A DNA stretch of 64,000 nucleotides from Bacilli bacterium. Lineage in GTDB: Bacteria > Bacillota_I > Bacilli_A > RF39 > UBA660. The stretch spans positions 2,535 to 66,534 of the forward strand of contig JBJEEB010000021.1 of NCBI GenBank assembly GCA_051872655.1, given 5' to 3'. The translations under genes were made by a program, and so were the position numbers. A model generated the notes under the pieces. The model worked only from the letters and a program-made list of their open reading frames with translations, ran no database searches and had not been told where the DNA came from. Of the stretch, positions 28,048-37,316 are shown piece by piece. The first letter of the stretch is position 1; each line of letters opens with the position of its first letter.

Positions 28048-28315
28048 TTTTACCCTCCTTTATTAATTTTTCTATATTATGAATAAGATTATATCCAGTT
28101 TCGGCAAATAAACCACTTAATGTTATAGCTAAATTGAAATCTTTAGTTATTATGAAGTAAAATATTGATACACATAGTCCTATGACAATATTTTGTATTA
28201 TTATTAAATTATTATTAATATATGGGCATCTTTTTGATAAAAATCCCAATATCCATGTTAGTACCATAGTTAATAATGTTACCATTAATTCTGTATTATT
28301 AGTTAAAAATTGCAT
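28040..28315 (-). CDS. Holin-like small membrane protein
   Basis: ORF track, 91 aa, with 2-3 TM helices and a charged C-terminus (KLIKEGKNG). It overlaps the amidase start by 8 nt in the holin-then-lysin order. Confidence 0.55.
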   Translation of the reverse strand: MQFLTNNTELMVTLLTMVLTWILGFLSKRCPYINNNLIIIQNIVIGLCVSIFYFIITKDFNLAITLSGLFAETGYNLIHNIEKLIKEGKNG

Positions 28316-28394
28316 TTATCTCACCTCTATTCATAATCATTTTATTATATGAGGTGCTTTTTTTTATCATAATAATGTTGGTCCAAAAAAAGAT

Positions 28395-28432
28395 TGTAAT
28401 TTTTTTAATTACAATCTCTTTAAATACTAATT
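28395..28432 (-). terminator. Rho-independent terminator of the surface-protein gene
   Basis: The minus strand reads AAGATTGTAATT-aaaaaaa-AATTACAATCTT followed by TTTTTTGG. Confidence 0.7.
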
Positions 28433-28439
28433 TAAATAG

Positions 28440-29537
28440 TTATTTAATTTGTGATTTTTTTAATGTTGTAAAATAATATACTGAATATCCAATAGCGGCA
28501 ACGCCAATTATCCAAGCTACAAATATTAAAGCACTACCTGTTTTGGGATTTTCTTCTTTATTTTCAGTTTGACATGTGTAGATTACTTTTTCATAAAAAT
28601 CTTTAGGATTATCCTTATCAATAGAAATAGTTACTTCTTCTTTATCTGGAGTGCAATTTTCTATAGTTGGTGATGTTACTTCATGTGTATAACCAGCTTC
28701 TAACTCATCTTCATTATGTGATGGTGCTGCTTCACTTCCATCGATATATACATAATCAATTTGTGCTTTATATGTTTCTTTGCAATATTCATATTCTCTA
28801 TAATATACAGCAGGTGCAATTAGTACTTTTTGTTCTTCACCATTAGTAAGTGCAGCTTTCAAATCTTTTTTTAATCCTACTATATCTTCTGGTACAGTTG
28901 TTCTTTCTATTTGAATTTCATAAAATTCTCCATTTTCATTTTTGGTTGAAATTATTTTTGTACCTGTTCCTTCTAATTTTTCCAAATCTCCAGTAGGTAT
29001 AACACTAGCACTAACTAATTCATCTATTGATGATTTAAATAATGATTCTAAGGTGAAAACATTTTCTGTTTCTTCTTTGCCTTCAGCATTCCATTTTCCA
29101 TGCTTTATATATCTTATTACTACTGGTTCTCCATTTTCTGTTTCATTTTCATCAATACTATATACAAGTATTGTAGTGTCGCCAGTTGATGTTTTTAAAG
29201 TTTCCCTTTCACCTTTCTCTTTTATATTTTTTAAATTGTTGTAATAATCTTTGAGAGTCCATTCTTTATCTTGAACTGTTCCAGTTCTAATTATATTTAC
29301 TTGATATTCTTTTATAAGTTCTGCTTCTTTTGATAATCCTGCTGGAGTCTGTGTTTGAGTATAAATGTTATATTTACTATTGGTATTCATTGCTTCATTA
29401 TATTTGTCTATAGATGTTACTTCTGAAAATAAGTCATAGTCCTTATATATCTTACATATTTTTTCTGCTTTAACATCAGCATTGAAAAATGTAAAAGTTA
29501 TAACCGCTACAAGAAATAATATTATTTTATTTTTCAT
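28440..29537 (-). CDS. Sortase-anchored surface protein (NPKTG sorting signal)
   Basis: ORF track, 365 aa. It has a signal peptide MKNKIILFLVAVITFTFFNADVKA and a C-terminal NPKTG followed by a hydrophobic stretch and KKSQIK. Confidence 0.7.
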   Translation of the reverse strand: MKNKIILFLVAVITFTFFNADVKAEKICKIYKDYDLFSEVTSIDKYNEAMNTNSKYNIYTQTQTPAGLSKEAELIKEYQVNIIRTGTVQDKEWTLKDYYNNLKNIKEKGERETLKTSTGDTTILVYSIDENETENGEPVVIRYIKHGKWNAEGKEETENVFTLESLFKSSIDELVSASVIPTGDLEKLEGTGTKIISTKNENGEFYEIQIERTTVPEDIVGLKKDLKAALTNGEEQKVLIAPAVYYREYEYCKETYKAQIDYVYIDGSEAAPSHNEDELEAGYTHEVTSPTIENCTPDKEEVTISIDKDNPKDFYEKVIYTCQTENKEENPKTGSALIFVAWIIGVAAIGYSVYYFTTLKKSQIK

Positions 29538-29764
29538 TTTTTATCCTCCTATATTTTATTTAAATATAACATATTTTAATCTTTTAAGCAAGTCTTAAAT
29601 TGACTTTTTCAATTATAATAACTAATAAATTACTTACATAAACTAATGCTTAGTGACTAGTTAAAATGTTCATAAAATATAATCATAACTTTTAAATATT
29701 TATATGGTAATTTTTTATAAAGTAAAAAAGTAACAATTCTTGCTACTTTTATAATTCTTTTATA

Positions 29765-30781
29765 TTAACTATTATATTTATATAGGCTATCTGTTGCTAC
29801 TGCATTTAATTTTTGATCTGCAAAAATATTTTTCTTATAGGCAAAGTAACCAGCTGCTGCTATCATAGCTGCATTATCTGTACAATAATTTATTCTTGGT
29901 ATGGATAAATTTATATTATTATTTTGACATTCTTTTTCTAATCTCTCTCTTAATCCAGTATTAGCAGATACTCCTCCTGCTACTATAAGATTGTTTACAT
30001 TGTATTCTTTTAGAGCGTGCATTGTTTTCTTTACTATTACTTGAACAACATTGTTTTGAAATGTTGCACATAAATTTTCTTTATTTATTTTGTTATTTCT
30101 TTGTTCTTCATTATGAACTAAGTTAATAACTGCTGATTTAATACCACTAAAACTAAAATTATAAGTTTTATCATTTAATGGTAATGGTAAATCATAACTA
30201 GGTGTTCCAATATGTGCTAATTTATCTACCTTTGGACCACCAGGATATTCTAATCCTATTACTTTGGCTACTTTGTCGTAACATTCACCAACCGCATCAT
30301 CTAGTGTGCCTCCTATTTTGGTAAAAGAATAGTCTTCTTTCATATAGATAAGTTCAGTATGTCCACCACTTACTACTAAAGCAATTAGAGGGAATTCTAA
30401 CTTCTTTTCAAGATTATTAGCATAGATGTGTCCTGCTATATGATGTACTGGTATTAATGGTTTACCAGTGACTAAAGATATTGTTTTAGCAGCCTGTACT
30501 CCTATTAATAGACTGCCTATTAATCCTGGACCATAAGTTACTGCAATTGCAGTTATGTCATTAATATTCATTTTACTTTTTGTTAGAAGTTCTTCAAGAA
30601 CAATGGTTATATTTTCAATATGATTTCTACTTGCTATCTCAGGGACGACTCCTCCATAATTTTTATGAATATCAATTTGACTTAATACAACAGTAGCTAT
30701 CTCTTCGCTTCCATTTTTTACTATACTCATACTTGTTTCGTCACAACTTGATTCTATACCGAGTATATATGTGTCTTTCAT
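29765..30781 (-). CDS. tsaD: tRNA N6-adenosine threonylcarbamoyltransferase
   Basis: ORF track, 338 aa. Motifs are ILGIESSCDETS, HHIAGH, SGGHT and GGVSAN. Confidence 0.95.
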   Translation of the reverse strand: MKDTYILGIESSCDETSMSIVKNGSEEIATVVLSQIDIHKNYGGVVPEIASRNHIENITIVLEELLTKSKMNINDITAIAVTYGPGLIGSLLIGVQAAKTISLVTGKPLIPVHHIAGHIYANNLEKKLEFPLIALVVSGGHTELIYMKEDYSFTKIGGTLDDAVGECYDKVAKVIGLEYPGGPKVDKLAHIGTPSYDLPLPLNDKTYNFSFSGIKSAVINLVHNEEQRNNKINKENLCATFQNNVVQVIVKKTMHALKEYNVNNLIVAGGVSANTGLRERLEKECQNNNINLSIPRINYCTDNAAMIAAAGYFAYKKNIFADQKLNAVATDSLYKYNS

Positions 30782-31132
30782 TTACATCACCTGCTTTTCC
30801 ATTAATATTGCATCTTCATCACCATAATAGTATTTTCTTATGGCTACTTCACGAAAGCCAAACTTTTTATATAGATTTATTGCTATAGTATTACTTACTC
30901 TTACCTCAAGAGTTATATTAACTACTTTATTGTGAATTGCTTCGGATACTAGATAACTCATTAGTTTAGTTCCTATTCCTTTACCTCGATAATTTTCTTT
31001 GACAAAGATATTATCTACTTCCATTCTTTCATATATTATGGAATAATTTATAGTACCTAACATTTCATTATTATCAATATATTGTGCTTCTTTAGAAAAT
31101 GGATTATTGTTATTAATTACTTCTTTTATCAT
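30782..31132 (-). CDS. rimI: Ribosomal-protein-alanine N-acetyltransferase (short GNAT)
   Basis: ORF track, 116 aa, with the GNAT motif A YRGKGIGTKLM. Its position between tsaB and tsaD is canonical. Confidence 0.7.
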   Translation of the reverse strand: MIKEVINNNNPFSKEAQYIDNNEMLGTINYSIIYERMEVDNIFVKENYRGKGIGTKLMSYLVSEAIHNKVVNITLEVRVSNTIAINLYKKFGFREVAIRKYYYGDEDAILMEKQVM

Positions 31133-31709
31133 TTTTTTCCATTGCCTCTGGTAATTTTAAATATACTGGATTTACAGAATGTGGATTAATACTTGGAAGA
31201 TGCTTTGCATATTTTATTATTTCTTCAATATTGTAATCATCCTTTTCAGTTACTATTACTGGATTATATTTTTCTTTTAATTCATCAATTCTATCTACGT
31301 TATTAAACTCTTCAAATATAGTATTATAGTCTTCATCATACAAACCAATATAGTAATTGTCATGTTTAGCATCAATTGTTGATAAAAAATATTTTCCTTT
31401 AAAACCTAACACTCTTATTTTTAATGAAGTTATTTCTTTAATATCTTTTTTTAATAAGTAAGCATACATCTTGGCTATTGTTACACCTATTCTAATTCCA
31501 GTAAATGAGCCTGGACCATTAACTACAATTATTTCATTTACATCACTTGGTTCTAGATTATTTTCTTTTAAAATATCTTCAATAAATTTAGTTGTGTATA
31601 TTGAATGTTCTTTTGGACTAGTATTTTTTATATTTGATAAAATAATATTATCTTTTACTAAGGCAATAGATACATCGGATAATGATGTATCTATAAATAA
31701 GCTTATCAT
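31113..31709 (-). CDS. tsaB: tRNA threonylcarbamoyladenosine biosynthesis protein TsaB
   Basis: ORF track, 198 aa. Motifs are LFIDTS and VNGPGSFTGIRIGV. Confidence 0.82.
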   Translation of the reverse strand: MISLFIDTSLSDVSIALVKDNIILSNIKNTSPKEHSIYTTKFIEDILKENNLEPSDVNEIIVVNGPGSFTGIRIGVTIAKMYAYLLKKDIKEITSLKIRVLGFKGKYFLSTIDAKHDNYYIGLYDEDYNTIFEEFNNVDRIDELKEKYNPVIVTEKDDYNIEEIIKYAKHLPSINPHSVNPVYLKLPEAMEKNDKRSN

Positions 31710-32155
31710 ATTATAGCCTCACAAATATTAATATATTTTTCTCCGTGTGGATTTAAAATTAATACTCTAGTATTTTCTCCAGTTATTTTTATTTTAATAT
31801 CTAATCTTTCAGGAGGTAAGATGTCTTCAATCATATCAGCCCATTCAATAATTGTTACTCCCCCTTTATCAAAATATTCTTCTATTCCTATATCTTCTTT
31901 TGAATCTTCTAATCTATACACGTCCATATGATATAAAGGTAATTCGCCATTATATTCTTTGATAATAGTAAATGTAGGAGAAGTTATTTCATCTATTCCC
32001 ATGGCATGAGCAAATCCTTTGGTAAATAATGTTTTACCACTACCAAGTTCTCCATTTAGACATATTACCATATTAGGAAACTTTTCTGATTCAATATTTT
32101 GTGATACTGCTATTGTATCTTTTTCATCATGTGCTATTATTTTGTATTCTTCCAT
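31706..32155 (-). CDS. tsaE: tRNA threonylcarbamoyladenosine biosynthesis ATPase TsaE
   Basis: ORF track, 149 aa. Motifs are LNGELGSGKT, SPTFTI, HMDVYRL and IIEW. Confidence 0.87.
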   Translation of the reverse strand: MEEYKIIAHDEKDTIAVSQNIESEKFPNMVICLNGELGSGKTLFTKGFAHAMGIDEITSPTFTIIKEYNGELPLYHMDVYRLEDSKEDIGIEEYFDKGGVTIIEWADMIEDILPPERLDIKIKITGENTRVLILNPHGEKYINICEAII

Positions 32156-32244
32156 TTATTATCACCTTTCTTTTGTCTATTTAATTATATCAAATACCTA
32201 GAGTAAATTACAATAGTTTTTTTTATTTATGCTAATAAATATTT

Positions 32245-32946
32245 TTATTTTAATTTTAACATTCTTTTGATGTTATCTTCTTTTATTTTTTCATCACTAA
32301 TTGTTGATAGTCTACTATAAAAACTTCCTAATTGAATATAATATTTACAAGTATATGGATCTCCTAGTGTAATATCTATATAGTTTGGATTTGATTCTTG
32401 ATTATTATATATATCTCTTGATACTATTATAATTGCACTATTATCATCTACTTTTATACTTATATTATTTTTACCTTCATTATAATCTGAATTGTTAATT
32501 TTATTAGTTGGTAATGATTGTAATAAAATTTTTATTGCTTCATAAAGCTTTGGATTATTATTTCTATATATAGTTAATTCTATATTCTTGAATTCTTTAT
32601 TTGATGGATTATTATTATCTTTTTCATAAGCACGTATTTTGAAATAAGGAAAACCTATATTATTTGTTTCGTACATTTTTATGAATATTACTGGTTCTTC
32701 ATTATACTCCATAATTATGAAATATCCTGGTCCTAAATATTTTTCATCGTATAGAACATATACTTTACTTAGACTTTCAATATAAGTATGTTCTTTACAA
32801 TAATAATTATTATTATGTGTCATTCCAATAGAGCAATCTCCCGCTAGGGGTATATTCAAATCTGTATCTTCGTATTCTTGTTCTTTCTTCATTTCGTCTT
32901 CTTGTTCTGGCTTTATACACCATTCACAATTTCCACAATATCTCAT
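32245..32946 (-). CDS. Hypothetical protein with N-terminal Cys cluster
   Basis: ORF track, 233 aa. The N-terminus has CGNCEWC ... C ... C..H. No family recognised. Confidence 0.5.
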   Translation of the reverse strand: MRYCGNCEWCIKPEQEDEMKKEQEYEDTDLNIPLAGDCSIGMTHNNNYYCKEHTYIESLSKVYVLYDEKYLGPGYFIIMEYNEEPVIFIKMYETNNIGFPYFKIRAYEKDNNNPSNKEFKNIELTIYRNNNPKLYEAIKILLQSLPTNKINNSDYNEGKNNISIKVDDNSAIIIVSRDIYNNQESNPNYIDITLGDPYTCKYYIQLGSFYSRLSTISDEKIKEDNIKRMLKLK

Positions 32947-33016
32947 TATTACTTCTCCTTCGTGATATATACTAGCATAAATTTATTTTTTATGCAATAA
33001 GAAGAAATATGATATT

Positions 33017-33070
33017 TTTGATAGAGACTCTAGGCTCTATCAAACCTCTTAAGACCTTAGACTTAAGAGG
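33017..33070. repeat. Tandem-hairpin intergenic repeat, locus 6 (2 hairpins)
   Basis: tttgatagag-ACTCTAGG-ctctatcaaa and cctcttaag-ACCTTAGA-cttaagagg, lying 16 nt after the htrA stop. The stems are identical to locus 7. Confidence 0.85.
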
Positions 33071-33086
33071 ATAAGAAAAGAAGTAA

Positions 33087-34193
33087 CTATTTACTTTCTT
33101 CGAGTGTTACTTCTGTTTTTAATTCTTTACCATTTCTATTATATGTAATTGTTATTTTATCTCCAGGAGAATGTTTATATAGTTCATATCTTAGTTTTGC
33201 TACTGATGAAATTTCATCTTTTTCTATCTTAGTAATAATGTCACCTTTTTGTATTCCAGCTTTATCTGCTGGTGAACCTGATACTACTTCAATTACTGCT
33301 ACTCCAGATTTTACTCCATCAGGTACTGTTATTTTAGCCTGCCATAGATAATAACTGTTTGTTAAGTCTAACATACTAATACCTATATATGGTCTTTTTA
33401 CACTTTCTCCTTTTTCTATTGTTTCAGCATAATATAGTGCATCTTCAATTGGTATGGCAAAGCCCATTCCTTCAACACTATAACTAGATGTTCCACTTGT
33501 TTCTTGAGTTAATTTTAAAGAATTAACTCCTATTACCTCACCATTAACATTACATAGTGGTCCACCACTATTACCAGGATTTAATGCTGTATCTGTTTGT
33601 AAAACCTTCATATAGTAATCAGATGTTGTTCCACTTAAGCTAACTTCTACTAGTCTATCTTTTCCAGATAATATACCTTTAGTTACTGTGCCACTATAAG
33701 TATCTCCTAGTGGGGCACCTACTGCAAAGACTGTGTCTCCTAATTTCATACTTTCTGTGTTTCCTAATGTTGCTACTTGCTTTATACTACTTGTTGATAC
33801 TGTTAATACTGCTATATCTGCATATGTATCTCCTCCTAGTATTTTAGTATCTGCTGATGTACCATCACTAAATATTACTTTAGCACTATCACCGCTTGAT
33901 ACAACATGATTGTTAGTCATAATATATGATGTTGAGTCATCTGCTTTATAAACAAATCCTGTTCCTGTTGATACTGCTGTTTCGCCTTTATAACTTGCTA
34001 CTACTACAGTGGCATCATATACTTTATCAACTGCTGCTGATATGCTATTTTCATTTATAGTATAACTTCCTCCACTACTTGATGTTAATATAGTTCCATG
34101 ATCTAACTGTTTTATTACAAGATATGACCATAATGCTCCTCCTATGAAAGCAACAAATACTAGTAATGGTATTAATATTTTATTTTTTTTCAT
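33087..34193 (-). CDS. htrA: HtrA/DegP-family serine protease with PDZ domain
   Basis: ORF track, 368 aa. It has an N-terminal TM helix, the catalytic strings TNNHVV, DIAVL and GNSGGPL, and a C-terminal PDZ domain (GSPADKAGIQKGDII). Confidence 0.87.
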   Translation of the reverse strand: MKKNKILIPLLVFVAFIGGALWSYLVIKQLDHGTILTSSSGGSYTINENSISAAVDKVYDATVVVASYKGETAVSTGTGFVYKADDSTSYIMTNNHVVSSGDSAKVIFSDGTSADTKILGGDTYADIAVLTVSTSSIKQVATLGNTESMKLGDTVFAVGAPLGDTYSGTVTKGILSGKDRLVEVSLSGTTSDYYMKVLQTDTALNPGNSGGPLCNVNGEVIGVNSLKLTQETSGTSSYSVEGMGFAIPIEDALYYAETIEKGESVKRPYIGISMLDLTNSYYLWQAKITVPDGVKSGVAVIEVVSGSPADKAGIQKGDIITKIEKDEISSVAKLRYELYKHSPGDKITITYNRNGKELKTEVTLEESK

Positions 34194-34199
34194 TTATTA

Positions 34200-35126
34200 T
34201 CACCTTCCTATTATTTCCATATAATCTTTTGGGAATCCCATTCTATCAAGTATTTTATTTATTGATATGGTATCTATTCTTCCATCTAGTAATTCTATTT
34301 CGTATTCTATTTCTTTCATCATTAATCTAAAATTACTATCATTTAGAAGTATTTTAAATATTATTATCACCGCAAATAAATCATTCTTTCCATAAATATA
34401 TTCTCCATCCATCTTTGGAATATTCATATATTCGTGATATTCTGTATCTGGAATTATTCTTTCAGTACGATGCTCAAACACTATGTCTTCATGTGCACAT
34501 AAATTACGATAATTAGATAATATTACCAGAGTATCTTCAAGTACTGAAGGGGTGGTATTGAATACTTCTGCTATTTCAATTTTATCTTCTGTTTTTAAAA
34601 CAGTATATAGTTCACATACAATACCAAAAGATAATACTTTTACTAATACCCACATCGGTATATATCCATAATTATTCATATAATGCATGGTAGCATTGTG
34701 CGATGTAGCATTGATTCTTATTTGCCTTTTCATCTTATCTATTAAATCCCTTACTCTTCTAGATTTATTATGATCACTAGTAAAATTTTTGGGATTTAAA
34801 TAGTCCTTTTCCCTATAACCATATTTCTTAGATAACTGATAAGATAGAACGGATTTTAATTGATTTTCGATAACTAAAACATTTTTAAATATTATATTTC
34901 TAAAATTCCTATCAAATGTGAATAATGAGTATACTTCAGAAAATGTTGTACCAGGAATGAATTTTTTTTCTTTAGCAGAATTCATAAATACATGACGATA
35001 TCCCATTAAAAAGAAATAATTTTCTCTAAGTAATATTTCTTTAGCTTGCTCCTCATCTTCAATTATGAGGTTTTTATCTTTTAAGATATCTATCTGTTCA
35101 TTAATTGTCTTAAATATTTTTTCCAT
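34200..35126 (-). CDS. Abi_2 (AbiD/AbiF-like) abortive-infection family protein
   Basis: ORF track, 308 aa. The N-terminus TINEQIDILKDKNLIIEDEEQAKEILLRENYFFLMGY and the later LRNLCAHED-type string (YRNLCAHEDIVF) are the family pattern. Its stop codon lies inside the htrA RBS (GGAAGGTGA). Confidence 0.7.
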   Translation of the reverse strand: MEKIFKTINEQIDILKDKNLIIEDEEQAKEILLRENYFFLMGYRHVFMNSAKEKKFIPGTTFSEVYSLFTFDRNFRNIIFKNVLVIENQLKSVLSYQLSKKYGYREKDYLNPKNFTSDHNKSRRVRDLIDKMKRQIRINATSHNATMHYMNNYGYIPMWVLVKVLSFGIVCELYTVLKTEDKIEIAEVFNTTPSVLEDTLVILSNYRNLCAHEDIVFEHRTERIIPDTEYHEYMNIPKMDGEYIYGKNDLFAVIIIFKILLNDSNFRLMMKEIEYEIELLDGRIDTISINKILDRMGFPKDYMEIIGR

Positions 35127-35230
35127 CTGTACTCATCCCCATTATTCTGTAATAAAGTATATCATAGATTTTAAAAAAATAATATATTTTTTTAATAAAA
35201 AAATGATATAATTATTTTGGAGGTATGATA

Positions 35231-36202
35231 ATGCCAAGTTCTGTAACGCATAGTTATTTTGCTGAAGATATATATAATAAGAGTAAAATTAAGAGCAAAG
35301 TAGATTTAAATTATTTGAAAGTATTTGGTCAAGGACCTGACCCTTACTTCTTTTATGATTTTCATCTTTCTAAAAAGTCTAAATATGTACATCAAATAAA
35401 CCATTTAATGCAACATACTAATGTTAATAAGCATTTTATTTCACTAATTAATTATATTAATAAAAGTAATTATAATTCTAATAGTATAGTATTATCTTAT
35501 TTATATGGACAGATATGTCACTTTGTTTTGGATAGTACAATTCATCCTTTTACTATTTATAATTCTGGTATGTATGATGAAAAGGATAATAATACTTTTA
35601 AATATAATGGTAAACATGAAGAAATGGAATATTATACTGATATTTATTTAATTTATCATAGAGAAAATATATTACCTAGTAAGTATAAAGTTTATAAAAA
35701 AATATTTAAATTTGATAAGTTTAATAATGAACTTATTGATACAATTGATACTGTTGTTAAAGATGTATATGGATTTGATAATGTTAGTGATGTCTACTAT
35801 AAAAGTTTAAAGGATATGAAAAAATTCTACCATGTATTTAATTATGATAGAATAGGTATAAAAAAAATTATCTATTCAATTATGGATCTAGTATGTAAAA
35901 ATAAAATGGTAAAGAAAAAAGAATTATCTTTTCATGTTAATCCAAATAGTCATTTAGAATATTTAAATTTAGATAATAGTACTTGGAAACATCCTTGTAC
36001 TGGAGAAGAATTTAGTTATTCATTCTTTGATTTATATGATATGGCTATTGCCAAGACTATAAAAATTATTAATGAAGTTGATAAAATGTTAGAAAATAAA
36101 GAAATAGATAATAATAAATTAGAAAAATTATTTGGTAATTTAGATTATGGAACTGGTATGGATTGTAATTTAAAGCATGAATATAAATATTTTAAATATT
36201 AA
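35231..36202 (+). CDS. Zinc-dependent phospholipase C-like family protein
   Basis: ORF track (35225 start). The second ATG at 35231 has better spacing from GGAGG. The N-terminus MPSSVTHSYFAEDIY and later His residues (HFVLDSTIHP) fit the family loosely. Confidence 0.45.
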   Translation: MPSSVTHSYFAEDIYNKSKIKSKVDLNYLKVFGQGPDPYFFYDFHLSKKSKYVHQINHLMQHTNVNKHFISLINYINKSNYNSNSIVLSYLYGQICHFVLDSTIHPFTIYNSGMYDEKDNNTFKYNGKHEEMEYYTDIYLIYHRENILPSKYKVYKKIFKFDKFNNELIDTIDTVVKDVYGFDNVSDVYYKSLKDMKKFYHVFNYDRIGIKKIIYSIMDLVCKNKMVKKKELSFHVNPNSHLEYLNLDNSTWKHPCTGEEFSYSFFDLYDMAIAKTIKIINEVDKMLENKEIDNNKLEKLFGNLDYGTGMDCNLKHEYKYFKY

Positions 36203-36215
36203 AAGGAATATATTA

Positions 36216-36572
36216 CTATTGTAGTTTGAAATATATTCCTTTTTTTATTAATATATTTGAAGAATTATAGTCTAAGGGAACATATCCTTTTTTTAATAAG
36301 TCTTCAATAACAATCATGTTGTAGTTAGCTGCAAATAAGGTGTTTATTAAAAACAACATTGCTATAGTTGTGATTATGCCTATTTTAAATGGTATAAATG
36401 CCATAATTAGAGCTGACACAGATACTTCAGTTAATAACATAATATAATACATTTTATAATTTTTCTTTTTTAATGGATATAGAAATCCTAAATATATCAT
36501 TTCTTTTATGAATCCAAAATCACATTCAACAGGAGGTGTATATTCATCATATTTTAGATATATCTTTTGCAT
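36216..36572 (-). CDS. Hypothetical small membrane protein
   Basis: ORF track, 118 aa, two central TM helices. Confidence 0.45.
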   Translation of the reverse strand: MQKIYLKYDEYTPPVECDFGFIKEMIYLGFLYPLKKKNYKMYYIMLLTEVSVSALIMAFIPFKIGIITTIAMLFLINTLFAANYNMIVIEDLLKKGYVPLDYNSSNILIKKGIYFKLQ

Positions 36573-36624
36573 ACTATCACCTATTATGAGTATATACTAT
36601 TTTTATTTTTTTTGGAAGTATTTT

Positions 36625-37287
36625 TTATCTATTTTTAAAATAAATTTCTACTCCTTCTTCTATTAATGTTACTAATTTATTTTGGTATTCTTCTTTTCTT
36701 AAGAGATAATTTTCATTTGGATTTGAAATAAAACCTGCTTCAATAAGAACTCCTGGTGATTTTATATATTTATACATATAATAAGTATTATCTTTCTTTA
36801 TTTCTCTAACATTGCTCATATTTTCTTTTAGGTGATTGGTAATAGTTTCTGCGATTAATTTATTTTCTTTGTTCTTTGTAGTATAGAATACTTGAAGTCC
36901 TTTCCATGTTTGATTTGTTACTGAATTTAAATGAATGGATATATACATATCAGGAGATATATCATTTATATATTTAGCTCTATTATATAAATCACTTCTT
37001 TTTCTATTAACAGTAGTTGTTGATAAATCTTTATCGTCTTCTCTAGTTAAGTAAACTGTGGCCCCACGAGATACTAATTGTTTTTCTAATTTTTTGGCTA
37101 AGATAAGATTTAAATCTTTTTCTATTATTTTACCGCTAGTGGCTCCTGCATCAACTCCTCCATGACCGGAATCTAAAATTATTACCTTGCCTAATAAATT
37201 TAGATTATTAACAGTTGCTGTTACTTTAGGGAGAGTTATTGTTATAAGAAAAAAGCATATTAATATTAATAGTTTATATTTATTCAT
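36625..37287 (-). CDS. cwlD: Germination-specific N-acetylmuramoyl-L-alanine amidase (Amidase_3)
   Basis: ORF track, 220 aa. It has a signal/anchor sequence, LDSGHGGVDAGA, SIHLNS and EAGFISN. Confidence 0.72.
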   Translation of the reverse strand: MNKYKLLILICFFLITITLPKVTATVNNLNLLGKVIILDSGHGGVDAGATSGKIIEKDLNLILAKKLEKQLVSRGATVYLTREDDKDLSTTTVNRKRSDLYNRAKYINDISPDMYISIHLNSVTNQTWKGLQVFYTTKNKENKLIAETITNHLKENMSNVREIKKDNTYYMYKYIKSPGVLIEAGFISNPNENYLLRKEEYQNKLVTLIEEGVEIYFKNR

Positions 37288-37316
37288 ATTTCACCTATTA
37301 ATATATATGCTTTTCT

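Noticed and set aside
27097-29537. A prophage or prophage remnant, inferred from the holin-amidase pair.
   Set aside because: No capsid, tail, terminase, portal, integrase or repressor genes lie on either side. The flanks are pcrA and a sortase substrate followed by tsaD. The pair is treated as an isolated cassette instead.
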